From positions 114,279 through 178,278 of the forward strand of contig JAWAJB010000003.1 in assembly GCA_038888155.1 (NCBI GenBank): a stretch of 64,000 nt of DNA, in the 5' to 3' direction. Of the stretch, positions 41,300 to 51,449 are shown piece by piece; position 1 is the stretch's first letter, and the number at the start of each line of letters is the position of its first letter. Made by a program: the position numbers and the translations under genes. Below the pieces are notes generated by a model. It did no database searches and was not told where the DNA came from. It saw only the letters and a list, made by a program, of their open reading frames with translations. The stretch is from Desulfurococcaceae archaeon (GTDB lineage: Archaea; Thermoproteota; Thermoprotei_A; Sulfolobales; Desulfurococcaceae).

Positions 41300-42005
41300 C
41301 GTAAGCAAATACTTCCAACCGCTAAAGCTGTATGCGCCAGCATACTCTGCTCTGCTTTTATATTCAGCTTTGATCTCGGTATTCTACTTCTATAAAGCCC
41401 AACTTATTCCACAATACCTCGCTATAGCGGTTTTATTTGCCCTACTCAACGCAGTGATGGCGCTTAGGAAGTTAATAGCACACTATATCCCAGTAACCCT
41501 CTACACCCTAACCGCGCTTGTCTACATGCTGTCCTCTCAAATGCTTGGAGGATTAGAGGGACTGCTTGAGGACGCAGTTGATGCGCTTCTCATCATAACG
41601 TTATTATTCACTTACGCCTACTGCAATTATCCAAGAGACCTGCAAGGAGCAATTCGACTGTACATTCCATTTATAGTGCTAGTTTCAACAATCATAGGCA
41701 TTTACTTAGGCGTTGAGCGCCCCCTCCGGTTCTCGCTTCTAACGCTTATTGACTTGCTTGCATCTATTGCTGTATCTTTAGATAGCAGAGCCCCCCTTAG
41801 GTACGCATCCCCCCTGCTTTTCTTCTTTTTGCTCTACACCTCACCAATTGTAAATGTTAAGGCAGCCTCCCTAATTCTGTTCTCGCTACTTCACCTAACT
41901 AGAAACAAGTTGATATTAAGCAACAGTCATAAACACATTAATTATGCAAACGCCGTTCTCAGCCTAGACTTATTGATTAAACCTATAGCGGTGTCACTGA
42001 TATGA
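41280..42005 (+). CDS. Integral membrane protein
   Basis: Hydrophobic 241 aa, overlaps both neighbours. Confidence 0.65.
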   Translation: MSQLQSSVSKYFQPLKLYAPAYSALLLYSALISVFYFYKAQLIPQYLAIAVLFALLNAVMALRKLIAHYIPVTLYTLTALVYMLSSQMLGGLEGLLEDAVDALLIITLLFTYAYCNYPRDLQGAIRLYIPFIVLVSTIIGIYLGVERPLRFSLLTLIDLLASIAVSLDSRAPLRYASPLLFFFLLYTSPIVNVKAASLILFSLLHLTRNKLILSNSHKHINYANAVLSLDLLIKPIAVSLI

Positions 42006-42691
42006 ACACGCGCCTCTTCATTGTAGGCGTAGATGTAGTTATCATCTCAGCGCTACTAGCCCTCTACGGGTTAGCAGCAGGCGATCAGGGCCTTGTGGGA
42101 ATAGGCACATCGATAGGTGTAGCAGGGAGCGTACTAGTTGCTTATAGCACCACTCCTAAGGAGCCTGTGCTCGGGGCAGTCCTCAGCTACACATCTATGC
42201 TAGCACACGCTGTTACAGCAGTAGCGGAAGACCTGGACCTCTTGAACAGCCGAGTATGCGCACACAATACGCCTTCCCTTGCTCTGATTTCATTCTCAAA
42301 ATCTAAGTGCCCCAATAACCCTAACCCGGGTATAGGCCTCGCCGAAGGGTCCCCGTACATCTCAATTCCTGTCAGCGTGTTCCAAGAGGTAGGGGAACTA
42401 GAAGAGAGGAATGCACAAAACTTCGAGGAATCTCTCAACTCGCTACTAGTTGACGAACTTGGCGTGTGCAGTGCTGTTAGAGTTGAGCAGAGAGGAGATC
42501 TATTCATTGTTGACTTACTTGGTATATCGAAGCTACTAGCTGAGTACAGTAAGTATCCAGTAGACCCCGCTGCCCTCCTCTTGCTAGCTATTACTGCAAA
42601 GATAATGGGTGAATGTAGAGTACACCTAGTTGAAAAAGAGTCAGCGCCAACGCATGAAAGGTTTGTAATAAGGGTGGAGGAAATTGCCTAG
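42002..42691 (+). CDS. Membrane-anchored hypothetical protein (2 N-terminal TM plus soluble domain)
   Basis: ATGA overlap with the upstream stop; TM hairpin then alpha/beta domain. Confidence 0.7.
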   Translation: MNTRLFIVGVDVVIISALLALYGLAAGDQGLVGIGTSIGVAGSVLVAYSTTPKEPVLGAVLSYTSMLAHAVTAVAEDLDLLNSRVCAHNTPSLALISFSKSKCPNNPNPGIGLAEGSPYISIPVSVFQEVGELEERNAQNFEESLNSLLVDELGVCSAVRVEQRGDLFIVDLLGISKLLAEYSKYPVDPAALLLLAITAKIMGECRVHLVEKESAPTHERFVIRVEEIA

Positions 42692-42935
42692 AAGACAAGA
42701 GCTCTTGCCGTTTATCTACGTCCTGCTAGTAACTTCAATGAATATCTCTCTTTATACACTAGGTGAAAAGAGAGTTGACGCATACCTTGCATTAAATGTG
42801 CTGTTGTACTTTATTTCCTACGCAGTAGTTAGGCCATTTTATGCTGCGCCTCTCTTAGTTAAGGCGTTAAACGCTTCACTTTTGCTCGTATTTGCACTCA
42901 TAGTGGCTTTCAGAGTTTACGAGGTGCTGTTCTAG
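42684..42935 (+). CDS. Small membrane protein (3 TM)
   Basis: 83 aa hydrophobic, RBS GGAGG, overlaps neighbours. Confidence 0.7.
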   Translation: MPRRQELLPFIYVLLVTSMNISLYTLGEKRVDAYLALNVLLYFISYAVVRPFYAAPLLVKALNASLLLVFALIVAFRVYEVLF

Positions 42936-44680
42936 TGAAGAGAAGGTTTTACATGCTTGTAGCGTTGCTCATGCTGGCAGCCTACCAAGTGCAAGCTCCT
43001 GCACTTAGCTCTTCAAGCAACACTGACTGCCTCTACCTACTTGAACTTATGGATATAGTGTTAGATTACGCAATTAAGGGAGACACTAATGGTGAGTTAA
43101 TGTCTCATTACCTCCTAGAATCTGCAGTACCTACTGAACTTAGGAGCCTACACGTTAATGCATACAGAGCAGTCCTCAACTACTACAGCATTTTGCGCGG
43201 AGTTGAAGGGAGCTTAAGCACTTCACTGCCGCGCCTTGCTCAAGTGAACCTAGAGCACATTGAGAGTTACGCTAATAGGCTTGCTGGGTGCAGCCGCGAT
43301 AGAGAGGGGGCAAGAGCCATTCTCGCCTCTATAAACTCGAAGATCCGCAGGCTGGAAGAATTCGCGTTTCAAATAACTAAATTCCACTATGTAAATCAAA
43401 CAGGTGAAGGCTACTACATACTTCAGCTCAAAGACTTGTACCTCCCCTATGAGGCAGTTGAGCTCGTTGTCTCCAAGGAACTTCAGCCCGGTTCGGTTGA
43501 GGTGTACACTTATCCAGACCACGTTAAAATATCTGACTTTAAGCCCGCTGAAATTAATGAAACGCACTGCAAATTTACAGTAGATCTCCCCTCGGCATTT
43601 ACTATTGAGATGTTGCACTCAACAATTGCACAAGAGGTCCCTCTCGCCCTTTACTTGAGGCTAGTGAACGGCTCGTATAGACCTGTCGCGCTACTAAAAG
43701 TCCAGTACGGATTGCCGAACATCCAGCTGGACTTCCCTAGGGCAATCAAGTACAGCGAACCGCTAAATATCACTTTAGTTTCAGACAGGCTCTACAACGC
43801 AACTCTGTACTTCAACAACTTTAAGTTTGCCGCTATGCTGCTTAGGCCAGGCATGACGCACATCTCGCTAGATTACTCTTCACTAAACTATACCTTTGGG
43901 TTGAACAGAGTCAAGCTATGTGTAAATGCTACGCGAGAAACGCTATCGAGGTGTTTCGATAGACCAGTCTACATAGAGCCCCTATATCCGCGCGTAAAAG
44001 TAGTTGCTGAAAACGTGTCTATTGCTTGGCTAGGCTATGCAGCTCTGCTAATTAGGAACGAGGACGCAGGTGATGTGCGCGTAACTGTGATCGACTTAAG
44101 CCCAAAAACTTTATTCTTAGCTGGTGGCGAGATGCAAGAGGTAGAGATATACAGCGGCTTTTTGCCTATACAGGTAGTAAATCTTAGAGTTGTAGTTGAG
44201 CCGACTAATGAGGTATACAGCACTTTAGAACAAAGCTTGAGCGTAATCGCTATTAATGTCCCGGCTTTAATTCTCCTCACTGTAGCATCCGTTTTAGTTG
44301 TGCCCTCAGTAGCGGGGCATGAAAGGAGCTTTACCCTAGCATTTACTTCAGCCTTGGGGAAGGCACAGAGGGCTTCTCCCAGCACGAAAGCGCCATTAAA
44401 GAGCGGTATTTTAAAGCCGCACGAGCTGGGCCTAAATTCGCGGATAGCAGAGCTCTACTACACTCTACTAAGAAAGCTAAAGCTAAGGCTGCCCCTTTTG
44501 AGCGAAACCCTTAGGGAACACTACACAGCTACACTAGGGCTTACACCTGAAAAACTTAGAGAGAAGCTGTGGAGACTTCTACTGCTCGTAGAGAGAGACC
44601 TCTACTCAAGCAAAAAACCCGCGTATAAAGAAGCTGAAGGGCTATACAGTGGTGTCCTAGATGCTACTACCGAGAATTAA
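42935..44680 (+). CDS. Exported single-pass protein with beta-rich ectodomain and DUF4129-like cytoplasmic tail
   Basis: Signal peptide, many NxS/T sequons, late TM, SETLREH...ERDLYS motif. Confidence 0.65.
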   Translation: MKRRFYMLVALLMLAAYQVQAPALSSSSNTDCLYLLELMDIVLDYAIKGDTNGELMSHYLLESAVPTELRSLHVNAYRAVLNYYSILRGVEGSLSTSLPRLAQVNLEHIESYANRLAGCSRDREGARAILASINSKIRRLEEFAFQITKFHYVNQTGEGYYILQLKDLYLPYEAVELVVSKELQPGSVEVYTYPDHVKISDFKPAEINETHCKFTVDLPSAFTIEMLHSTIAQEVPLALYLRLVNGSYRPVALLKVQYGLPNIQLDFPRAIKYSEPLNITLVSDRLYNATLYFNNFKFAAMLLRPGMTHISLDYSSLNYTFGLNRVKLCVNATRETLSRCFDRPVYIEPLYPRVKVVAENVSIAWLGYAALLIRNEDAGDVRVTVIDLSPKTLFLAGGEMQEVEIYSGFLPIQVVNLRVVVEPTNEVYSTLEQSLSVIAINVPALILLTVASVLVVPSVAGHERSFTLAFTSALGKAQRASPSTKAPLKSGILKPHELGLNSRIAELYYTLLRKLKLRLPLLSETLREHYTATLGLTPEKLREKLWRLLLLVERDLYSSKKPAYKEAEGLYSGVLDATTEN

Positions 44681-45503
44681 GGCCTATACGCTATTTATTG
44701 CGCTCGGAGCTCTAGTTGGGCTGTTTACACTAATCTCTCTGCCGTCAACTGTGCCCTACAGCGTGGCTAATCGGGGACCCAGCGGGCTTTATACTCTACG
44801 TACATTGTTGAATGCTGAAGTACTGTACTCACTAGACGGACTGGAAAGCTTCAGCAGCAAGAGCACGCTGTTGATCTCAGCTCGCTCTAAGCCTATTGGC
44901 GAGGCTCAAAAACTGCTCAACTTCGTAATGGAGGGGGGAACGGCCCTGATTTACGGATCACCAGAAAACGTTATTAACTTGCTCAGGGAGATGGGCATAT
45001 ACACGAGCTTCAGGGGATACGTTCGGGACATAGTATTCAACGTTGAAGGCAACTTAAACACTGTCGTAGCATATAATACTAGGTACACGAGGGTTGTTTT
45101 TAAAAATCCCTATACGCTCGGCGTGGATTTCAGCGAAGAGGGTATAGCTGCGTGGAGCAGCGTATTTTCACACGTCGATATAAATGGAAACGGCGCGTAC
45201 GATCTAGGTGAGCCGATAGGCATGTTTCCACTTGGTTTAGAGATTGCCTATGGTTCCGGTAAAATAGTGGCCTTGTTTACTGAGCAGCTACTGGAAAATG
45301 ATGTCTTAGATTATAACCTAGAGCTTATTACCGCAGAATGTGAAAACAAGAGAGCATTAATAGATCAGTCTGAGGTAGCGCTCTACCCAATGGAGGCTCT
45401 AAGGGCTTACTTTGTGCACAGTATGCCCCCCGCTAATGCACATTTAGTTTTAGTCCTAGTAGCAATACTCTCTACGGTTGCGTACTATGCAACTAAGAGA
45501 TGA
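44661..45503 (+). CDS. DUF4350-like protein
   Basis: N-terminal TM, YSVANRGPSGLY, FVMEGGTALI, YGSGKIVAL, C-terminal TM. Confidence 0.7.
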   Translation: MLLPRIKAYTLFIALGALVGLFTLISLPSTVPYSVANRGPSGLYTLRTLLNAEVLYSLDGLESFSSKSTLLISARSKPIGEAQKLLNFVMEGGTALIYGSPENVINLLREMGIYTSFRGYVRDIVFNVEGNLNTVVAYNTRYTRVVFKNPYTLGVDFSEEGIAAWSSVFSHVDINGNGAYDLGEPIGMFPLGLEIAYGSGKIVALFTEQLLENDVLDYNLELITAECENKRALIDQSEVALYPMEALRAYFVHSMPPANAHLVLVLVAILSTVAYYATKR

Positions 45504-47109
45504 AGCTCTAAAGTATGGAGCCCTAGTTGTGGAAGTTGCTGGTTGTTTAGCTGCTTATACCCTCGCTGGCTACCCTACTCTAGTTCTGTTGCCCTTTCCA
45601 GCTCTACTACTAGTGGGAAACCCGCACATATGGCTTATATCCTCGCTATCCTATTGTTTTCTACTTTCAACGCTTTTAGATCAACCGGTATTGAACCTAC
45701 TTGCAGTGCTATTAGCATCTGCGGCTACAGCGCGCTTCATTATTTACTCAGGCGTTCAGGACCCCTCAAAACCCGTATATACGCTTCTGCTCTTCTTTGC
45801 ACCTTTGTACGTAGTTTCCCCCAGGACTTTAATAGTAGTTTTAGCCTCAGCGATATCACTATTTTCAGCTGTGGCCGTTGAGTACTACAGGCTCAGCAAG
45901 TCAAGTGTAAAACTGCCGTTAATCAACCCAACTGCTTACTTAAATGACTACTTCAGCTTTGCGCTAGAGATTAAATGCCCGGGCCAGTTCAGGTATCGCA
46001 TTGAGCTAGACGACAAGCTATATGCAGAAAAAGCAGCTCTAAACAACGCTCTCGATAGCGTTAAGATAAGGGCCTCTAGGCTCGGCCTAAATAAACACAC
46101 CATTAGAGCAGTAGTGCAGGACCCGCGGCAGCTAGCTAGAGTTGAACACGGGCCTTACACAATTGAGTACACAGTTGTACCCCGCTTTGCAGAGCTGTAC
46201 AAACGCGCGCAGAGGGTTTTAAGGGAGTACTCAAGCTATATTGCGCTTCCGCTTATAGCAAGGCTAATAATTCAGGTGGCCCCTACATCAACCGAGGGAG
46301 CTGAGGCTAGAGGATCAAAAGGCGCTGAACCTCTAGAGAGAGACCTCCTAGAGCCTTCCTCTCAAGTTACGAGGGGCGTAGAGTCGAGATATAGGCGCCA
46401 CTTCGAAGTCAGAATTGAGTTCAAGACCCCGCAGAGGCTCTTGGAGAGAGCGTCGCAAATAGCGGCAAGCGTCGTTGGAGAGTACTTGGGAGTTAGAGAG
46501 TATACTCCTGGGGACTCTTTGAGGCTAATTCACTGGAAAAAGAGCGCTCGCAGAAGCGATACATTGGATCTAGCCGTTAAAGTCTACAGCGCAAGCGACG
46601 TAGATAAGTACGCAGCTTCGCCTAGGAGCATTTTAGTAGCTGACCTTACAGCTACAAATGCAGCAGAGCTAGACCTGTTGCTTCAAACGCTCTACAGCTA
46701 CATTCTCTCGAGCGTAGAGACGTCAGCAAAAACGCCCTATGAGTTCTACTTATACCTCGTAACGCCTAAGGGCGAGACATACTTAATGAGGGGAAAGCCT
46801 GTTGATGTCCTGTTGGGGCTCAACGCTCTTGTGGTCGAGGGAGATATAGTAGCGCTGTACAGTTACAGCAGCTGGCCTAGGTTTAATCCTCCTGTTGACC
46901 AAGCTCCTGAGGGAGGAGCTCTAAAAGACCTTGTAGACTACTATGAGGCTTATGGAGCAGCCCTAGTAAAAGATCTAAAGTCTCACGGCGTTGAGGGTGT
47001 TGCAGTAGCGTTTGTGTACCCAAAAGCGCTCAGCTTTAAGTACGGCGTTGTTGCAAGCGTATTTACGAGAAGTGGATATTATGTTGCATCGCCGGGCGCC
47101 AGTCGATAG
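45478..47109 (+). CDS. DUF58 domain protein with N-terminal TMs (MoxR partner)
   Basis: GEYLGVREYTPGDSLRLIHWKKSAR; degenerate MIDAS-like ADLTAT. Confidence 0.88.
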   Translation: MRTMQLRDEALKYGALVVEVAGCLAAYTLAGYPTLVLLPFPALLLVGNPHIWLISSLSYCFLLSTLLDQPVLNLLAVLLASAATARFIIYSGVQDPSKPVYTLLLFFAPLYVVSPRTLIVVLASAISLFSAVAVEYYRLSKSSVKLPLINPTAYLNDYFSFALEIKCPGQFRYRIELDDKLYAEKAALNNALDSVKIRASRLGLNKHTIRAVVQDPRQLARVEHGPYTIEYTVVPRFAELYKRAQRVLREYSSYIALPLIARLIIQVAPTSTEGAEARGSKGAEPLERDLLEPSSQVTRGVESRYRRHFEVRIEFKTPQRLLERASQIAASVVGEYLGVREYTPGDSLRLIHWKKSARRSDTLDLAVKVYSASDVDKYAASPRSILVADLTATNAAELDLLLQTLYSYILSSVETSAKTPYEFYLYLVTPKGETYLMRGKPVDVLLGLNALVVEGDIVALYSYSSWPRFNPPVDQAPEGGALKDLVDYYEAYGAALVKDLKSHGVEGVAVAFVYPKALSFKYGVVASVFTRSGYYVASPGASR

Positions 47110-47157
47110 TAGCCTAAATAAATCTCCGCACAATTCAAGTAAATGTGAGGTAGCTGG

Positions 47158-47583
47158 GTGATTAGATTGCTTAAATCCGCAGCGCTTGCTCTTGTGTTAT
47201 TTGCAGCTGTAATAACAGCGCTTGTGCCGATAGGTTCTAGCCAAGTGGACTTCGCTACAGAAATAGAGCTTGCTGTTAGAGAGCTGGAGTACCTCTACAG
47301 CAGGGGAGTGGATGTAGAACAGCCTATAGAGTTACTAAACAAGGCAATAAGCGAATACAGCAGCGGGAGGCTTGAGAGCGCATATATGCATCTCCAAGAG
47401 GCTAAAAGGCTCATAAGCGACCTTAAGCTAGAGGAGGGATCTGTATACGCTTTGGCCATGGCTACAAAAGCAGCAACTGTACTTGCCCTCGCCTCAATTC
47501 CAATAGCTCTCTACATTGGGTTGCCAAGGCTATACCTATACCTTTGGTATAAGCTTCACAGAAAGTGGATTGTTAGGTGGTAG
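47158..47583 (+). CDS. Membrane-anchored helical protein
   Basis: Signal/TM, helical bundle, C-terminal TM and basic tail. Confidence 0.7.
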   Translation: MIRLLKSAALALVLFAAVITALVPIGSSQVDFATEIELAVRELEYLYSRGVDVEQPIELLNKAISEYSSGRLESAYMHLQEAKRLISDLKLEEGSVYALAMATKAATVLALASIPIALYIGLPRLYLYLWYKLHRKWIVRW

Positions 47584-48083
47584 AGTTGATCATAGATGAA
47601 GAAGTTTTCGCTGTATTAATTGCAATATCAGTCGTTGGGTCAGTTATTGGAATAGCAACAGTGCTTAGGCCAGAGACCGTTGAGCCCTTTACGGCGATTG
47701 GTTTACTGAGCGCCAGCTGTCAAATAGGCGACTACCCCACTAAGGCTTTTAATAATTCAGCTTTAAGCCTGTGCATCTTCGTGTTGAACCACATGGGCAA
47801 ACCTGTCCTATACAGAGTTGTATACAAAGTAGGGGATCTAGAGACGCTTCCAACAAATGCGACTCCCTCCCCCGCGAGAGAGGCTATGGCGTGGATAGGG
47901 GTTTTAGGCAACAAGCAAAACGCGACGACCTCCATAGAAGTGCCAGTATATGCAAATGGACCGCTACCCACTAAAGTAGCGTTGATCTTCGAGCTCTGGC
48001 TCTACGATACTGAGTTGAATCGCTGGGTTTACACGGGCAGGTGGGTACACTTGTACGTAGATGTCAGTCCGCAGATAGCATGA
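47577..48083 (+). CDS. DUF1616-like (TM plus soluble C-terminal half)
   Basis: EPFTAIGLL...GDYP, VLNHMG, FELW...HLYVDV. Confidence 0.7.
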   Translation: MVELIIDEEVFAVLIAISVVGSVIGIATVLRPETVEPFTAIGLLSASCQIGDYPTKAFNNSALSLCIFVLNHMGKPVLYRVVYKVGDLETLPTNATPSPAREAMAWIGVLGNKQNATTSIEVPVYANGPLPTKVALIFELWLYDTELNRWVYTGRWVHLYVDVSPQIA

Positions 48084-48095
48084 GGTTAGAAAAAC

Positions 48096-48653
48096 ATGGA
48101 GAGGAGACGCACTACCTTAGAGGAATACGTCAACGGGCAGCTCAAGAGAAAAGGGAACAAGTACGCAGCTCTTCAAGAGGCATGGAAGGGCGCCCAAGAA
48201 GGGAAGCTGAAGCTTGAGGATCCAAACCCCCCATTAACGCTGATATCCTACGCATTTAGGCTGGACTACACCTTGTGGTTTTGGACTGCAGCTATACTCT
48301 CAACATTAACGCTTGTCCTGATTTACTTAGCTGATTACTTGCCTCTGCTCACTCCAGCTAGGTATGTACTTGGCACAATCTACGTATTGTTCATACCCGG
48401 TTACTCCCTAGTGGAGGCGCTCTACCCGCGAAAAGAAGACCTCACCCCCCTTGAGAGAGTCGCCCTCTCTATTGGCTTATCGCTCGCAGTAATTCCCCTT
48501 GTAGGGTTGCTGCTAAACTACACTCCATGGGGAATTAGGCTAGCGCCAATAATTACCTCAACTGCACTGTTCATAGCAACAATGCTCGTTATATCGCTTT
48601 ATAGAAAGTTCAGCTACATTAAGTTGAACATTAACAGAAGTCCGAGGAGTTGA
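48096..48653 (+). CDS. DUF1616 membrane domain protein
   Basis: LFIPGYSLVEALYP..L..LERVALSIGLSLA..PLVGLLLNYTPWGIRL. Confidence 0.85.
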   Translation: MERRRTTLEEYVNGQLKRKGNKYAALQEAWKGAQEGKLKLEDPNPPLTLISYAFRLDYTLWFWTAAILSTLTLVLIYLADYLPLLTPARYVLGTIYVLFIPGYSLVEALYPRKEDLTPLERVALSIGLSLAVIPLVGLLLNYTPWGIRLAPIITSTALFIATMLVISLYRKFSYIKLNINRSPRS

Positions 48654-48935
48654 TTAATAGGAAAGGCCGCAGGACTACACACCTTGAATTTAAGGAGAAG
48701 ACGACCCCGATTTAAAACATACATCTACTACACGGGGGTCCTTGCGCTATAAGTTCACAGTCAGAGGTAGGGCTGTGTTATTCGAGCCCTAAAAATCCAG
48801 CCGCTTTTAATGTCTTCGCTCAAAAAGGGCGTGCTTTAAGCCTCCCCGCTTCGCAAGATCCTAGGTCTTCCTAGCTGGGGCTAGCTTTTACCCGCGCCCA
48901 AGTTTGCTCGCTGAGCTATTGGAGAAAGCACTTAG

Positions 48936-50300
48936 TTAAGCTTCGCGGCCAGTTTTCACTAATACGTATCTCTCGTATATTGCGACCACGCGATCTCCCT
49001 CGATGATGAACTCCACTGGCACTTTTACGCCAATATTGTATAGGTAGAACAGCGCGTAGTCATCCTGCACTTTAGCTGGGAATATTGGGAGCTGAGTTTT
49101 TCTAACTAGGTCCTCCACAATTAACGACCCTCCTGCTTTCTTCAGCTTAAACGCCATAGAGTTCTTGTAGCCAGTGTAAATTCCCTCGAGCTTGTCGAGT
49201 ATTTCATCTTGCTTTATGAAGCCGAGCTCCCTGTCAGGGTCTAGCCCGAGGGCTAGGGTTAATGCGTACGCCCCTATGAACGATAGCGGGTAGCCGCTTG
49301 AATTAGCTAGAATAGCTACTGCAACTTTCTCGCTTGGTATGTATCCCAGAAAAGCAGTGTAGACTAGCACGGAGCCGCTGTGGTTAACGAGCTTCTTGCC
49401 GTGGAAATCGTCGTGTGCTGTTAGACCATACCCATAGTAGCGGCTAATTGGAGACTCGTAGGGGAGCTTCACGTGAGGTCTCTCCATGAGCTCAACGAGG
49501 CTTGGCTCAACTATCTGGGCTCCTTTGTAGCTACCCCTGCCTATGAACATGCTCGCGTACTTCAGCAGGTCGAGGATGTTGCTGAACAGCCCCCCGTCAG
49601 ATGTAATGGTGAAAATAGGCTCTGCTCTCGCGAGCTTCCCCTCTGGGCTGAGGTAGTAAGGAGTAGCCTTATCGCTATCCCTTAAGTACTCATCCCTTCC
49701 GAAGTAGCTCTTGTTCATCTCGAGTTTTTCGAGGAGGTTGCTCTTCACGTATTCCTCGTACTTAACGCCGGATACTTTCTCGACTATCTTCCCCAGCAGA
49801 GCGTACCCCTCATTAAGGTAAAACCATCTCTCCCCTGGCTTGAACTGTATCCACGAAGTGTAGTCGCTCATGTATGTAGACACGTGATCTGGAGATGACA
49901 CGGGTAGCCAAAGCCCCCTAGAGGAGTAGTAGCTGTTAATTAGCGCCTCAGCGTAAGCTAGAGCAGGTATACCAGAGGTGTGAGTTAATAAGTGGTGGAT
50001 CTTTATATCAGGCGATTTAATTACGTCAACGTATTTATTTACGGGGTCATCAGGGCTCAGCTTTCCCCTTTCATATAGTTGCATAACCGCGAGGGCTGTA
50101 AAGGACTTTGTAACCGAGCCAATGCAGTGATTTGTACTAGGCGTCTGGGGGAGGGACTGCTCGAGATCCCTGAACCCGAATCCCCTAGCGTAAACAACCT
50201 CTTCCCCCTTTAGTAGCCCTATAGCTAGGCCAGGCATCCTGTACTTCGAGATCTTTTCAAGCACAAACTTATCCAGCCTACACAAATCCAAGAAAGTCAC
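48936..50300 (-). CDS. Serine hydrolase, beta-lactamase family (Pab87-like peptidase)
   Basis: SVTK (SxxK), LLTHTSG, YLN, HSG; extra C-terminal beta domain. Confidence 0.92.
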   Translation of the reverse strand: MTFLDLCRLDKFVLEKISKYRMPGLAIGLLKGEEVVYARGFGFRDLEQSLPQTPSTNHCIGSVTKSFTALAVMQLYERGKLSPDDPVNKYVDVIKSPDIKIHHLLTHTSGIPALAYAEALINSYYSSRGLWLPVSSPDHVSTYMSDYTSWIQFKPGERWFYLNEGYALLGKIVEKVSGVKYEEYVKSNLLEKLEMNKSYFGRDEYLRDSDKATPYYLSPEGKLARAEPIFTITSDGGLFSNILDLLKYASMFIGRGSYKGAQIVEPSLVELMERPHVKLPYESPISRYYGYGLTAHDDFHGKKLVNHSGSVLVYTAFLGYIPSEKVAVAILANSSGYPLSFIGAYALTLALGLDPDRELGFIKQDEILDKLEGIYTGYKNSMAFKLKKAGGSLIVEDLVRKTQLPIFPAKVQDDYALFYLYNIGVKVPVEFIIEGDRVVAIYERYVLVKTGREA

Positions 50301-50474
50301 CTCTAGGAGACAAGTATAGCCTAGAATAAAATAAACCTTTACGCCAATAAGCTTGCCGCCTCAGATTACAGCAAGTCAGCCTCAACGGAACTGTGTGGCC
50401 CGTGCGCCAAGTCGCTATTACATTTAAAAAAGGCTATCTTAATACAACACGATGTTGATTAGGGGTATAGCTTA

Positions 50475-51320
50475 ATGCACGCGTTGCTTATACCAGTAGT
50501 GTCCGCTATAATTGCTAGCTTTGACCCAGCAATTATATCTAAGTTCGCTAGGAGCGCGCCTCCTCTAACCTTTAACGCCATAAGGGCCTTGATAGCAACG
50601 CTACTCCTAGGTCTATTCATTGTGATAAGCGGCAACGGCATATTCTTTACGGCATTCTGGGCCCTGCTCTTGATTATCGCGTCTGGTATGCTAGGTCCAG
50701 GCATAGGGGGATCTGCCTACATAAAGGCAATACAGATAATGGGCGGCTCCCTGCCCGTTGTGATAACTCACACTTACATTTTCGTAGCTCAGTTTTTATC
50801 AGCTTTATTAGTAGGAGAGTCTCTAACCTTAAGTGGAATAATTGGGGGAGCTTTAGCCTTCACAGGTATACTCGTTGCCCTTCTGAAGAATGGAGCGAAA
50901 TTCAACAGCAAGGGGGTTGCACTTGCATCTGTGGCCGCATTTTCGTGGGGTACTGCAACTGTAATTATAAAGCTCGTTGATATGTACACTGATATCTACA
51001 CGTTAGCCCTGTTCAGGCTGTTTGGAGTCTTCCTTTTTACCATGCCCTTAGGCCTCCTCAGAGGGGAGAAGGTAGTCGTAAACCACGACTTCATTATAGC
51101 TTCAGCGTATGGAGGAATTCTGAGTTGGGGCATTGGAATGTTCCTATACGTCTACGCTGTGCACACTTTAGGGGTCTCAGCTACGGTAATAATTACTGCA
51201 ATCACGCCAATTTTATCCCAGGCAGCAAATAGGTTTATAGCTCGCGAAAAGCTATCTGGCAGAGTATTGATAGGGGCCTCTCTTGTAGCGCTTGCAATTG
51301 CTATACAGGTCGTTCACTAG
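50475..51320 (+). CDS. DMT/EamA family transporter
   Basis: 10 TM, two EamA repeats. Confidence 0.88.
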   Translation: MHALLIPVVSAIIASFDPAIISKFARSAPPLTFNAIRALIATLLLGLFIVISGNGIFFTAFWALLLIIASGMLGPGIGGSAYIKAIQIMGGSLPVVITHTYIFVAQFLSALLVGESLTLSGIIGGALAFTGILVALLKNGAKFNSKGVALASVAAFSWGTATVIIKLVDMYTDIYTLALFRLFGVFLFTMPLGLLRGEKVVVNHDFIIASAYGGILSWGIGMFLYVYAVHTLGVSATVIITAITPILSQAANRFIAREKLSGRVLIGASLVALAIAIQVVH

Positions 51321-51449
51321 CCTGCATTTAAGCGGGAGCGCGCTACTTGTTCCCCCAATAGGTATTAAAGGCTCCTGGGATGGGGCTATTAAGTATATTA
51401 ATAGGGGGGAGCATTTAATAACCACGTAAAAACCTCAGGGGCCCTCTCT

